Assembly (NCBI GenBank): GCA_947628165.1 | Contig: CANQYV010000001.1 | Location: 12,314 to 76,313, forward strand | DNA from: an uncultured Clostridia bacterium | Lineage (GTDB): Bacteria; Bacillota; Clostridia; Oscillospirales; CAG-272 | Direction: 5' to 3' | Length of the DNA: 64,000 nt | Shown: one piece after another, positions 9,272 through 18,384 of the stretch | Position numbering within the stretch: position 1 is the first letter of the stretch | Layout: each line of letters begins with the position of its first letter | Position numbers and translations under genes: made by a program | The notes under the pieces: model-generated | What the model saw: the letters and a program-made list of their open reading frames with translations, nothing else | What the model was told of the DNA's origin: nothing | Databases searched by the model: none

Positions 9272-12200
9272 ATGAAGCGCTTGGAAAAAATCACGGTAGT
9301 TCTGCTTGCGGTCATGATGGCCGTTTCTTTGGCAAATCTTGTTTTTGCCGAGACGGAAACTCATGACGGAGTAAAGATCACTCTTTCATCCGACAAGAAG
9401 GAATATCAAGAGGGTGAGACTATCACGGCCGAGCTGACGGTGACGAACACGAACGAATTTGACCTCACGGACGTCTCGCTCAAACATCTTGTCCCTGACG
9501 GGTACAAGCTTGCGGAAAATTCTTCTGCGTCGAAGGAGCTTGACGTTCTCGGCGCCGGGCAGTCAGTTTCGCTGACCGTAAAGTATGCGGCGGAAAAAGC
9601 GGCCGAGACAACCCCGCCCAAGACCGAGGACAGAGGACATATTATTTTTTGGGTTATTCTGTTTGCTGCGGCATGTGCGGGAATGGCCGTTCTGATCTTC
9701 AGAAGAAAAAATAAGGGGACGCCGCTTCTGTTGCTTATTCTTTGTTTGGGGATAGTTGGTACTATGACTGTTGGCATATCCGCAGCTTCGGAAAACACAA
9801 ACGAGACGAAGTCGGTCGAGATCTCAAGCCCGATAAAGGTATCGGGAAAAGATACGGCTATAAAAGCAACGGTAGGATATAAGCTTTCGGACGAAAAGGC
9901 AGATGAAGGCGACGTTCTTGAGCTTTCCGACTATTATGTAGACGTGACCGGAAGCGACAAAAACCCCGGTACGAAGGATGCGCCGTTCCGCACGCTGGAG
10001 AAAGCAAGGGATACGGTGCGCAAATATAACGGCAATATGGCAAATGACATTGTGATACATATCGGCAGCGGCGTATTCGAGCTTGAAGATACATTCGAGC
10101 TCACGGACAAGGATTCGGGCTCAAACGGTCACCGCGTCATATACGAGGGGCAGGGAAAAGACAAGACCGTAATAAGCGGCGGCACAGAGGTCACGGGCTG
10201 GACTCTTTACGATGCGGATAAAAATATATACTGCGCCAAAGTTGAGGACGGCTTGAATTTCCGCCAGTTATATATCGACGGCACAAAGGCCGTTCGTGCA
10301 AGAAGCGGTAAGACGGGGCAGTACGACAAGCGGATACTCGACGCAGAAAGAATAAAGGACGGAAAGGTACTTCCCGAGCTTCTTCTCGGCGACAGCGCGG
10401 ACGCAAAGGCGCAGGCGGACGACGGCACGATATTTATCAGCAAAAATGACGGTACGTTCAGCAGCGAATGGGGCAATCTCAATGATGTTGAGCTTCATAT
10501 TTTCAGTGCGTGGACCGTCAATATCCTGCGGGTAAAATCTGCCGAACTCGACGGCAGCCGATACAGCATAAAAGTTGCCGACGAAGAGGCGGAGCTCATA
10601 TTCAACCGTCAGCACCCGAATATCGACGGTTACAGTCACATGAGCACAAGAAACTTTGTCTACTATGTTGAGAACGCATACGAGCTTATCGACGAAGAAA
10701 ATGAATGGTATCTTGACAGAGAGACGAATACGGCCTATCTGAAGGCGCCTGTCGGCGTCGATCCGAACAAAAAGCAGATAACGGTACCGAAGCTCGAGAC
10801 GGTGATAAACGTCAACGGTACGCTTGACAAGCCCGTCGAGAACGTCACATTCCGCAATCTGTCCGTTCAGTATTCGAGTTGGCTGAAGCCGTCTGAGGAA
10901 GGATTTGTAGACGGACAGTCGATGCAGTATATCACAAGGACGGTGTTTGCCAAAAACGACGCGGGAGTCGGCAGACCGTCGGCAGGAATACTTGTGACCG
11001 GAGCCAAAAAAGTCGAGTTTGACAATAATAAGATCGCAAATATGGGCGCCACGGGTATCGACTTCTTCTGGGGGACAGACCACTGCGTAATATCAAATAA
11101 CGAAATAGAAAACATATCCGGCAACGGCGTTTCTGTTGGCAAGTTCGCGGAAAACAGCGAGGTCGATTATCATGTTCCTTATAACCCCGCGGACAAACGG
11201 GAGATCTGCACAGGAGATATGATAGTAAACAACAAGATCACAAACGTCGGTACTGACTATGAAAGTGCCGTTGCGGTCGCCGCCGGGTATCCCAAAAACA
11301 TTCTTATAGCGAATAACACCATATCGTATTCGCCTTACACTGGCATAACCGTCGGCTTCGGCTGGACAAAGTCTCCGAATGCGATGAGCGGAAACCGCAT
11401 CATAAGAAACGAGATACACCATGTTACCACAATGCTCTGCGACGCGGGAGGCATATATACGCTTTCGGAACAGCCCGGGTCAAAGATGCTGCAGAACTAC
11501 ATCCATGACATAGTCCTCCCGAAGTGGGCGGATTACGGAACATTCGGCATATATCTCGACGAGGGTACAGGAGGATATGCGGTAAACGAGAACATTTTGG
11601 AAAATGCGTACACGATCAATCAGCATGCGACCGGTGAAAACCTTGTTTACGGAAATTATCTGAATCCTTCGGGGACCGTAGTATCCGACAGGGCGGATGA
11701 AATAAAGAAGCTCGCGGGAGTGCAGGAGAAAATCGATATCGAAGAGCTTCTTGCGCTGACGGAGGCATCCGAACAGCAAGGGAATGAGACCGAGCGTCTG
11801 ACTGAGGATAATTTCGACGGATACGGCGCCGGAGCATTTGCTTCCGATAAGTGGACAGTCGGCGACGGGCAGGATTCTCTTGTCAAAATCGTTGAAGGCG
11901 CTGACGGAAATAAATATGTGGAAATCGTCAGCCACGGGTCGAATACCACACTTTATTCGACGTATTCGTTCGGAGCGAACGTCACGACCTTCGACTTTAT
12001 GTTCCCGAAAAACCTGACACAATACGAGGGAATATATAACGTGATACGCAAATCGTCGATCACTTACACATCAAACATTACGCCCGCATACTGGACGAGC
12101 GTGCGTCTCGAGACAAAGGGGGACAGCGAGACGGGAATCTCCAAAGAGATAAAGTCTGAGACTTGGTACACCTGCAAGACGATGGTAAACGGCAGGACGA

Positions 12201-12373
12201 TGTATATGAAGGCATGGGAGCGCGGCGCGGCAGAGCCCGAGGAATGGGACGTTATCAGAGATATGAACGACGACGTGAAGAGCGACTGCATGCTCGGCAT
12301 CGAATTCTACGCATTTTCGGACGCAAGCGTATACATTGACAATGTCGCAATAGACGTTATCAAAGAGAAGTGA
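9272..12373 (+). CDS. secreted right-handed parallel beta-helix protein (putative polysaccharide-active enzyme) with a fused N-terminal wall-anchor-like module
   Basis: RBS AAAGGAG, then a signal peptide and a CARDB/DUF11-like Ig module. PPKTED, a TM helix and an RRKNK tail occupy residues 115-148. A second hydrophobic segment follows. Beta-helix repeats (NNKIxN, ISNNEIENISGNG, IANNTISYSPYTGI) and a C-terminal lectin/ConA-like region complete the protein. Confidence 0.7.
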   Translation: MKRLEKITVVLLAVMMAVSLANLVFAETETHDGVKITLSSDKKEYQEGETITAELTVTNTNEFDLTDVSLKHLVPDGYKLAENSSASKELDVLGAGQSVSLTVKYAAEKAAETTPPKTEDRGHIIFWVILFAAACAGMAVLIFRRKNKGTPLLLLILCLGIVGTMTVGISAASENTNETKSVEISSPIKVSGKDTAIKATVGYKLSDEKADEGDVLELSDYYVDVTGSDKNPGTKDAPFRTLEKARDTVRKYNGNMANDIVIHIGSGVFELEDTFELTDKDSGSNGHRVIYEGQGKDKTVISGGTEVTGWTLYDADKNIYCAKVEDGLNFRQLYIDGTKAVRARSGKTGQYDKRILDAERIKDGKVLPELLLGDSADAKAQADDGTIFISKNDGTFSSEWGNLNDVELHIFSAWTVNILRVKSAELDGSRYSIKVADEEAELIFNRQHPNIDGYSHMSTRNFVYYVENAYELIDEENEWYLDRETNTAYLKAPVGVDPNKKQITVPKLETVINVNGTLDKPVENVTFRNLSVQYSSWLKPSEEGFVDGQSMQYITRTVFAKNDAGVGRPSAGILVTGAKKVEFDNNKIANMGATGIDFFWGTDHCVISNNEIENISGNGVSVGKFAENSEVDYHVPYNPADKREICTGDMIVNNKITNVGTDYESAVAVAAGYPKNILIANNTISYSPYTGITVGFGWTKSPNAMSGNRIIRNEIHHVTTMLCDAGGIYTLSEQPGSKMLQNYIHDIVLPKWADYGTFGIYLDEGTGGYAVNENILENAYTINQHATGENLVYGNYLNPSGTVVSDRADEIKKLAGVQEKIDIEELLALTEASEQQGNETERLTEDNFDGYGAGAFASDKWTVGDGQDSLVKIVEGADGNKYVEIVSHGSNTTLYSTYSFGANVTTFDFMFPKNLTQYEGIYNVIRKSSITYTSNITPAYWTSVRLETKGDSETGISKEIKSETWYTCKTMVNGRTMYMKAWERGAAEPEEWDVIRDMNDDVKSDCMLGIEFYAFSDASVYIDNVAIDVIKEK

Positions 12374-12400
12374 CCCGCGCGTCACAGGTCAAGTGAAAAA

Positions 12401-12436
12401 AGTGCCGCAGGCAGACGCCTGCGGCACTTGATTTTT
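12401..12436. terminator. bidirectional intrinsic terminator between convergent genes
   Basis: 12-bp perfect stem (agtgccgcaggc / gcctgcggcact) with loop agac. An A-run lies upstream and tgattttt downstream. Confidence 0.75.
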
Positions 12437-12447
12437 ATGTATGTATT

Positions 12448-13065
12448 TCATCTTATGAAATTCGTTCTTTCGACGGGGACTTTTTCGGGGAGGCCGAATT
12501 TTTCTTTTCCGAGGGCGATGCTCTTCATCAGGAAAGCCATGTTGCCGGCGAGAATGCGCATTGTGGAAAGGCCCTCCGCGTCGCGCGCCGCCTCTCTGGG
12601 GGCGGCTCCGTGGATGCTGTTCCAATACATGCTTGACGCCACCGGCATCCCCGATATGGTAAAATACTTGTTCAGCTCGTCAAATGTCGCCGACAGACCT
12701 CCGCGGCGCGCGGCAACGACGCTTGCGCCGACCTTCATCGTTTTGTCGAAATGCGTGCTGTAAAACAGCCTGTCGAGAATGGCGACGAGCGTTGCGTTTG
12801 CGGAAGCGTAATAGACCGGGCTCGCGATGACGAGGCCGTCGCTCTCTTCAAAAACAGGCGCAAGCTCGTTCACGGCGTCGTCAAAGGCGCATCTCCCCGT
12901 CTTTGCGCATGTGCCGCAGGCGATGCAGCCTCTTATCGGCGATGTGCCGACGCAGAATGTCTCTACTTCTATGCCTTCGCGGTCGAATACCTTTTTCATC
13001 TCCTCGAGCGCCAGAGCGGTGTTCCCGTTTTTGCGCGGGCTGCCGTTTATCATAAGTACTTTCAT
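12448..13065 (-). CDS. iron-sulfur flavoprotein / flavodoxin-like FMN reductase family protein
   Basis: MKVLMINGSPRKNGNT flavodoxin-like start and a compact Cys cluster GCIACGTCAKTGRC (CX2CX2CX5C) as in Isf-type proteins. Confidence 0.8.
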   Translation of the reverse strand: MKVLMINGSPRKNGNTALALEEMKKVFDREGIEVETFCVGTSPIRGCIACGTCAKTGRCAFDDAVNELAPVFEESDGLVIASPVYYASANATLVAILDRLFYSTHFDKTMKVGASVVAARRGGLSATFDELNKYFTISGMPVASSMYWNSIHGAAPREAARDAEGLSTMRILAGNMAFLMKSIALGKEKFGLPEKVPVERTNFIR

Positions 13066-13409
13066 CGTTTCTCTCCCGTCTGTTCGTTATTTTGTTTGTA
13101 TTTTTCGCCCCAAGCCTTCATTGCGTCTAAAATCGGTTTGAGGCTCTCTCCCAGCTCCGACAGCGCATATTCCACTCTCGGCGGGACTTCGGGGTAAACG
13201 GTACGGGTGATGATTCCATCCGCTTCCATAGAGCGCAGGCTTTCCGTAAGCACCTTCTGACTTATGCCGGAAAGGCTTCTCCGCAGCTCGCCGAACCGCC
13301 GCGGACGGTCGAGCAGGTCGCGGATAATCAAAAGCTTCCACTTGCTGCCGATAAGATTGACCGTCGCCGCCACCGGGCACTCCGGCAAAAGCTCGTCTTT
13401 TGTTTTCAT
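13062..13409 (-). CDS. HxlR/DUF24-family winged-helix transcriptional regulator
   Basis: CPVAATVNLIGSKWKLLIIRDL ... RRFGELRR ... ISQKVLTESLRSMEADGIITR. ATG 13409 follows an AGGGGG RBS. There is a 4-nt overlap with the flavoprotein gene. Confidence 0.85.
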   Translation of the reverse strand: MKTKDELLPECPVAATVNLIGSKWKLLIIRDLLDRPRRFGELRRSLSGISQKVLTESLRSMEADGIITRTVYPEVPPRVEYALSELGESLKPILDAMKAWGEKYKQNNEQTGEKR

Positions 13410-13561
13410 GCTGCCCCCTAATATCGACAAAGAATTATCCCGCCCATATTGTACCGCAAAAGCGCCGGAAAATCAAGAAGCTGTGCGGACGCATTGACAG
13501 CAAGATAAAAGGATTATTTCTCGGTCACAAAACCGTGACCCGATAACAAAAATGTGCGTAC

Positions 13562-13590
13562 TTGCGCTTTGAATGCGATAACGGTATAAT
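13562..13590 (+). promoter_or_regulatory. candidate promoter of the macro/SirTM genes
   Basis: TTGCGC, 17 nt, TATAAT (13585-13590). It is followed by a perfect 12-nt tandem duplication at 13595-13618. Confidence 0.4.
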
Positions 13591-13661
13591 CAATATATGG
13601 CGCGGCATATGGCGCGGCGACACGAACGGCGCGTAAAGAAATTTCAAAAAGGGCGGGAAAA

Positions 13662-14423
13662 ATGACGCATAGGGAACGCAGGGTATATCTTATAAAGGCG
13701 CTGCTTGGGGAGGACAGGAGATATGACGGGATGTCCGTGCCGTCGGGCGACGAGGCACAGAAAAGACTTCTCCGCTCGCTTATGAACGTGCGCCCGCCGA
13801 TGCCTGTCGGCGAGGATTTTCTCGCGGTGCAGGACGCGTATCTGCGGGAGGAAATTGCACGAAAGGGCGTCACCGACATATCGGAGCTTCGGCCAGTTGA
13901 GGACGGCATATACCTTTGGCAGGGCGACATAACGACGCTTTCGTGCGGCGCTGTTGTGAACGCCGCAAACTCAGGCATGACGGGGTGCTACGCGCCGTGC
14001 CACGGCTGCATAGACAACGCTATCCACACATACGCCGGCGTTCAGCTCAGGCTCGCGTGCGCGGAAATAATGGAAAGGCAGGGGCATGGAGAGCCTGTCG
14101 GATGTGCGAAGGTGACGCCCGCATATAATCTGCCGTGCGGCAGCGTTATCCACACGGTCGGCCCCGCCGTTCACGGATATGTGACCGAGGAGGCACGGGA
14201 GCAGCTTGCGTCCTGCTACCGCTCGTGTCTGCGCGCGGCGGAGGAGCACGGGATACAAAGCGTCGCTTTTTGCTGTATTTCAACGGGGGAGTTTTGCTTC
14301 CCGAATGAGGAGGCGGCGGAGATCGCGGTCCGCACGGTCAGAGAATACAAAGGGAAAACGGAGGTAATATTCAATGTTTGGAAGGACGTCGACCTTGAAA
14401 TATACAGGCGGCTGCTCGGATGA
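13662..14423 (+). CDS. macrodomain protein (protein-ADP-ribose hydrolase type associated with SirTM)
   Basis: A ~90-aa N-terminal extension, then macro motifs VVNAANSGMTGC, GCIDNAIHTYAG and CISTGEFCFP. Confidence 0.85.
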   Translation: MTHRERRVYLIKALLGEDRRYDGMSVPSGDEAQKRLLRSLMNVRPPMPVGEDFLAVQDAYLREEIARKGVTDISELRPVEDGIYLWQGDITTLSCGAVVNAANSGMTGCYAPCHGCIDNAIHTYAGVQLRLACAEIMERQGHGEPVGCAKVTPAYNLPCGSVIHTVGPAVHGYVTEEAREQLASCYRSCLRAAEEHGIQSVAFCCISTGEFCFPNEEAAEIAVRTVREYKGKTEVIFNVWKDVDLEIYRRLLG

Positions 14424-15267
14424 GATAGAGACGCTCGGGGACGCGCTTGACAAAGCGGACGCCGTCGTCATCGGCGCGGGAGCCGGGCTTTCGACCTCTG
14501 CGGGCTTTGTGTACGACGGCGAGAGGTTCCGAAAATATTTCTCCGATTTTGCCTCAAAATACGGCTTTTCGGATATGTATTCCGGGGGCTTTTATCCTTA
14601 CGAAACAGAGGAGGAATTCTGGGCATACTGGAGCCGGTATATTTTCATCAACCGCTACATAGACGCGCCGAAGCCCGTATACGAAAACCTGCTTTCGCTC
14701 GTCGGCAAAAAGGACTACTTTGTCATCACGACAAATGTCGACCACTGCTTTCAGAAGGCGGGATTTGACAAAGCTCGCCTTTTTTACACACAGGGGGATT
14801 ACGGGCTGTTCCAATGCTCAAAGCCGTGCCGACAAGAAACATTCGACAACGAAGATATCATACGCGAAATGGCTGCGCGCCAGCGCGATATGAAAATTCC
14901 GACGGAGCTTTTGCCGAGGTGCCCGCATTGCGGAAGCCCTATGACGGTGAATCTGCGCTCGGACGGCAGCTTTGTCGAGGACGAGGGCTGGCACAAAGCC
15001 TCTGCCCGGTACACGGATTTTATAAGATCAAGGAAAGGAGGACGCGTTCTTTTCCTTGAGCTTGGCGTCGGCTACAACACCCCGGGCATAATAAAATACC
15101 CGTTTTGGAGCATGACGAACGAAAACCCGAACGCGGTATACGCGTGCTTGAACTTCGGGCAGGCTTTCTGTCCCGACGAGATAAGGACTAGATCGATATG
15201 CATAAACGGCGATATCGGAGAGGTGCTTTGCAGGCTGAAAAATAAGGAAAACGGGATCGCGCGATGA
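14374..15267 (+). CDS. class-M sirtuin (SirTM-like SIR2-family protein, putative protein ADP-ribosyltransferase)
   Basis: GAGAGLSTSAG NAD-binding loop and TTNVDH. YTQGDYG replaces the canonical sirtuin HG. Zn ribbon CSKPC ... CPHCGSP. GGAGG RBS 9 nt before ATG 14374. No in-frame ATG/GTG/TTG lies between 14423 and the GAGAG motif, so overlap with the macro gene is forced. Confidence 0.85.
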   Translation: MFGRTSTLKYTGGCSDEIETLGDALDKADAVVIGAGAGLSTSAGFVYDGERFRKYFSDFASKYGFSDMYSGGFYPYETEEEFWAYWSRYIFINRYIDAPKPVYENLLSLVGKKDYFVITTNVDHCFQKAGFDKARLFYTQGDYGLFQCSKPCRQETFDNEDIIREMAARQRDMKIPTELLPRCPHCGSPMTVNLRSDGSFVEDEGWHKASARYTDFIRSRKGGRVLFLELGVGYNTPGIIKYPFWSMTNENPNAVYACLNFGQAFCPDEIRTRSICINGDIGEVLCRLKNKENGIAR

Positions 15268-15381
15268 AGGCGCGGTCCTCTTTTATTTTCTGCTGTAAAA
15301 CAAGGGACTTTATTTTTCGGAAAAACCATGATATACTAAGGCATAATGAATTGACAAATGCCACGTTGCCGGGAGGGAGCC

Positions 15382-16053
15382 ATGTATCGGCTGCTCATAG
15401 TTGAAGACGACAGGAGCATTGCGGGCGCAATAACGGAACAGGCCGAAAGGTGGGACCTCGAATGCCGCGCGGTCAAGGATTTCAGAGCCGTGCTCGACGA
15501 ATTTGTGGATTTCGGACCTCATCTCGTCCTGCTCGACATCGGTCTGCCCGTCTATAACGGATACCATTGGTGCTGCGAGATAAGAAAAATATCGAAAGTG
15601 CCGATAATTTTCATCTCGTCCGCCTCCGACAATATGAATATCGTCATGGCGATGAACATGGGCGCGGACGATTTCATCTCGAAGCCGTTTGACGGGGCGG
15701 TGCTCATCGCGAAAATACAGGCGCTTCTGCGCCGCGTGTACGATTACGTCCCGGATTCGCGCCTGCTCTCGCACAGAGGCGCCGTCCTCAACACTGGCGA
15801 CGACACGCTTCAATATAACGGGGAGGTCATCTCCCTGACAAAAAACGAATACCGCATACTGCTCTGCCTTTTGGAGAACAAGGGAAAGGTCGTCAGCCGC
15901 GAGCGGCTGATGGAGAGGCTTTGGAAGACGCAGCAGTTCATAGACGAAAACACGCTTACGGTCAACATAAACCGCCTTCGCAAAAAGCTCGAGCAGTCGG
16001 GACTCACCGATTTTATTACGACGAAGGTCGGCCTCGGCTATATAGTCGAGTAA
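15382..16053 (+). CDS. OmpR-family response regulator (BceR-like)
   Basis: MYRLLIVEDD, LLDIGLPVYNGYHWC, and a C-terminal wHTH ending in KVGLGYIV. Confidence 0.9.
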   Translation: MYRLLIVEDDRSIAGAITEQAERWDLECRAVKDFRAVLDEFVDFGPHLVLLDIGLPVYNGYHWCCEIRKISKVPIIFISSASDNMNIVMAMNMGADDFISKPFDGAVLIAKIQALLRRVYDYVPDSRLLSHRGAVLNTGDDTLQYNGEVISLTKNEYRILLCLLENKGKVVSRERLMERLWKTQQFIDENTLTVNINRLRKKLEQSGLTDFITTKVGLGYIVE

Positions 16054-16078
16054 GCCAAAAATATAAGGGGAGGCAAAA

Positions 16079-16522
16079 ATGGTCGATATAGTCACGATGA
16101 CGGCGGAGCACAGAGAGTGTGTTCTTTCTATGATGCGGATGTTTTACAGCTCGCCGGCGCTTCTGACCGACGGCTCGGAGGAGATATACATGCGCGATGT
16201 TGAGGCGTGTCTCGGCGGCGACCCGTGCGTCGAAGGATACGTTTTCGTCGATAACGGTGCGCCCGTCGGGTATGCCATGACGGCGCAAAGCTTTTCGACT
16301 GAGTACGGCAGGCGGTGCGTATGGATAGAGGATATCTACCTTATGCCCGAATACCGCGGGCGCGGACTTGCCGCTCGGTTTTTCTCTCTCATAGAAGAGA
16401 AGCACCGCGGCGCGATATTTCGCCTTGAGGTGCAAAAGGACAATGCGCCGGCGATATCGGCGTACAGAAAAAACGGCTTTGACGAGATGACATACATGGA
16501 AATGAAGAAGATAGTGAAATGA
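16079..16522 (+). CDS. GNAT-family N-acetyltransferase
   Basis: AGGGGAGG RBS. Acetyl-CoA binding segment YRGRGLAARFF and NAPAISAYRKNGF. The stop overlaps the kinase start (ATGA). Confidence 0.85.
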   Translation: MVDIVTMTAEHRECVLSMMRMFYSSPALLTDGSEEIYMRDVEACLGGDPCVEGYVFVDNGAPVGYAMTAQSFSTEYGRRCVWIEDIYLMPEYRGRGLAARFFSLIEEKHRGAIFRLEVQKDNAPAISAYRKNGFDEMTYMEMKKIVK

Positions 16523-17508
16523 AACTGTTTTGGGCTTATATAAAGGAAAGGAAGAACGTAATACTCGCGGCGCTCGTTTTTTCCGCCGTGTTCGCCGCCG
16601 CGTTTCTGATGTATCATCTGCCGACGGCGGCGCTCCTCTATCCCGCGCTTTTATGCGCGCTCTTTGCCGCCGTTTTCACGGCTTTTGATTTTGTCCGCGT
16701 GAATCAAAAGCACGATGTCTTGACGCTTGTAAAGACGATGACCGCCGAGACGATGGACTCGCTCCCCGAGAAAAAGACTGTAGACGACTGTGATTATCAG
16801 GATATCATCGAGTCGTTAAAGCGCGAGGTGCTCGAGGAGAGGGAAGTGGCACAGCGCCGTTATCGCGATATGATGGAGTACTACACCGTATGGGTGCATC
16901 AGATAAAGACCCCCATCACCTCGATGAGGCTGACGCTCGAAAAGGAGGACTCGGCGACGTCGAGAAAGCTGTCGGTCGACCTGTCCGGGATAGAGCAGTA
17001 TGTTTCGATGGTGCTCGCTTTTTTGAGGCTTGACGGCGAGTCGGGGGATTACGTCTTCGGCAGATACGAGCTCGATGGGATAATAGAGCAGGCGATAACG
17101 AAATTCGCGTCCGAGTTTATAGACAGGCGGCTGAGGCTCGAATATACACCGACAAACAAGACTGTCGTCACGGATGAAAAATGGCTCCTTTTCGTGCTCG
17201 AGCAGCTCCTTTCAAACGCGCTGAAATATACGCGCGAGGGCGGGATCAAAATATATATGCAAGGGCAGGACGACCTCGTTATCGAGGACACGGGCATCGG
17301 AATATCGAAAAACGACCTCCCGCGCGTTTTCGAGATGGGATATACGGGCAAAAACGGACGGCTCGATATGCGCTCGAGCGGCATCGGGCTCTATCTCTGC
17401 CGCCGCATCTGTCAAAAGCTCGGCGTGGGGCTCGACATAACCTCCGAGCCGGGGCGTGGGACGACCATCACCCTCGGCCTTGAGCAGTACGAACTGAAAA
17501 AAGAGTGA
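16519..17508 (+). CDS. intramembrane-sensing histidine kinase (BceS-like)
   Basis: Two N-terminal TM helices with essentially no external loop. H-box WVHQIKTPI and a HATPase region (EDTGIGI ... GIGLYL). Confidence 0.85.
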   Translation: MKLFWAYIKERKNVILAALVFSAVFAAAFLMYHLPTAALLYPALLCALFAAVFTAFDFVRVNQKHDVLTLVKTMTAETMDSLPEKKTVDDCDYQDIIESLKREVLEEREVAQRRYRDMMEYYTVWVHQIKTPITSMRLTLEKEDSATSRKLSVDLSGIEQYVSMVLAFLRLDGESGDYVFGRYELDGIIEQAITKFASEFIDRRLRLEYTPTNKTVVTDEKWLLFVLEQLLSNALKYTREGGIKIYMQGQDDLVIEDTGIGISKNDLPRVFEMGYTGKNGRLDMRSSGIGLYLCRRICQKLGVGLDITSEPGRGTTITLGLEQYELKKE

Positions 17509-17540
17509 CCTTACAAAAATGAAAGATTTGATACGGGAAA

Positions 17541-17585
17541 TGTAAGCCGATAAAATGGCGGCGCGTTTCCCGTTCCTGCTATAAT
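17541..17585 (+). promoter_or_regulatory. candidate activator-dependent promoter of the Bce-like transporter genes
   Basis: TATAAT at 17580-17585 with no recognisable -35. TGTAAG at 17541-17546 has an inverted partner CTTACA at 17510-17515. Assigning it as a response-regulator box is inference. Confidence 0.3.
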
Positions 17586-17619
17586 AGGGGCACAGTCTTT
17601 TTTAGGAAAGGTATTTTTG

Positions 17620-18384
17620 ATGAGTATTTTAGAGGTAAGGGGAGTAGAGAAGATCTATTCCACACGCATAGGAGGCAGCAAGGTCCGGGCGCTGAGGAAC
17701 GTATGCTTCGCGGTCGAGCCGGGCGAATACGTCGCGATAATGGGAGAGTCCGGCTCGGGCAAAACGACGCTGCTCAATATCATTGCCGCGCTCGACAAGC
17801 CGACGAACGGGACGGTCACGCTCGACGGCATGGATATCGGAGGAATAAAGGAATCGGAGATCGCGGCGTTCAGACGCGACAATCTCGGCTTTGTCTTTCA
17901 GGAGTTCAATCTTCTTGACACATTTACGATCGAAGATAATATTTATCTTCCTCTCGTGCTCGCGAAAAAGAGCTACGCCGTGATGAGGGATCGCCTCATG
18001 CCGATAGCGGACAGGCTCGGCATATCGGGCATACTCAAAAAATATCCGTATGAGGTCTCAGGAGGGCAGAAGCAGAGGGCGGCTGTCGCCCGCGCCATGA
18101 TAACGGAACCGAGGCTCATCCTCGCGGACGAGCCGACCGGCGCGCTCGATTCCCGTGCGAGCGACGAGCTTTTGAGGCTTTTCGCTGACGTAAACGAGGC
18201 GGGGCAGACAGTCCTCATGGTCACGCATTCCGTAAAGGCGGCGAGCGTTTCGAGGCGCGTCCTCTTCATCAAGGACGGGGAGGTGTTCCATCAGCTCTAC
18301 CGCGGCGATGACACGAGCGAGCAGTTCTATCAGAAGATAAGCGACACGCTGACGCTGCTTGCGACCGGAGGTCAGATAAAATGA
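17620..18384 (+). CDS. ABC transporter ATP-binding protein (BceA/MacB-type)
   Basis: Walker A GESGSGKTT, signature VSGGQKQR, Walker B LILADEPTGALD. Confidence 0.9.
   Translation: MSILEVRGVEKIYSTRIGGSKVRALRNVCFAVEPGEYVAIMGESGSGKTTLLNIIAALDKPTNGTVTLDGMDIGGIKESEIAAFRRDNLGFVFQEFNLLDTFTIEDNIYLPLVLAKKSYAVMRDRLMPIADRLGISGILKKYPYEVSGGQKQRAAVARAMITEPRLILADEPTGALDSRASDELLRLFADVNEAGQTVLMVTHSVKAASVSRRVLFIKDGEVFHQLYRGDDTSEQFYQKISDTLTLLATGGQIK

Noticed and set aside
12389-12763. Track ORFs 12389-12625 (minus) and 12428-12763 (plus) around the flavoprotein gene.
   Set aside because: They overlap the well-supported flavoprotein frame and the terminator. They have biased Arg/Pro composition and no motifs.
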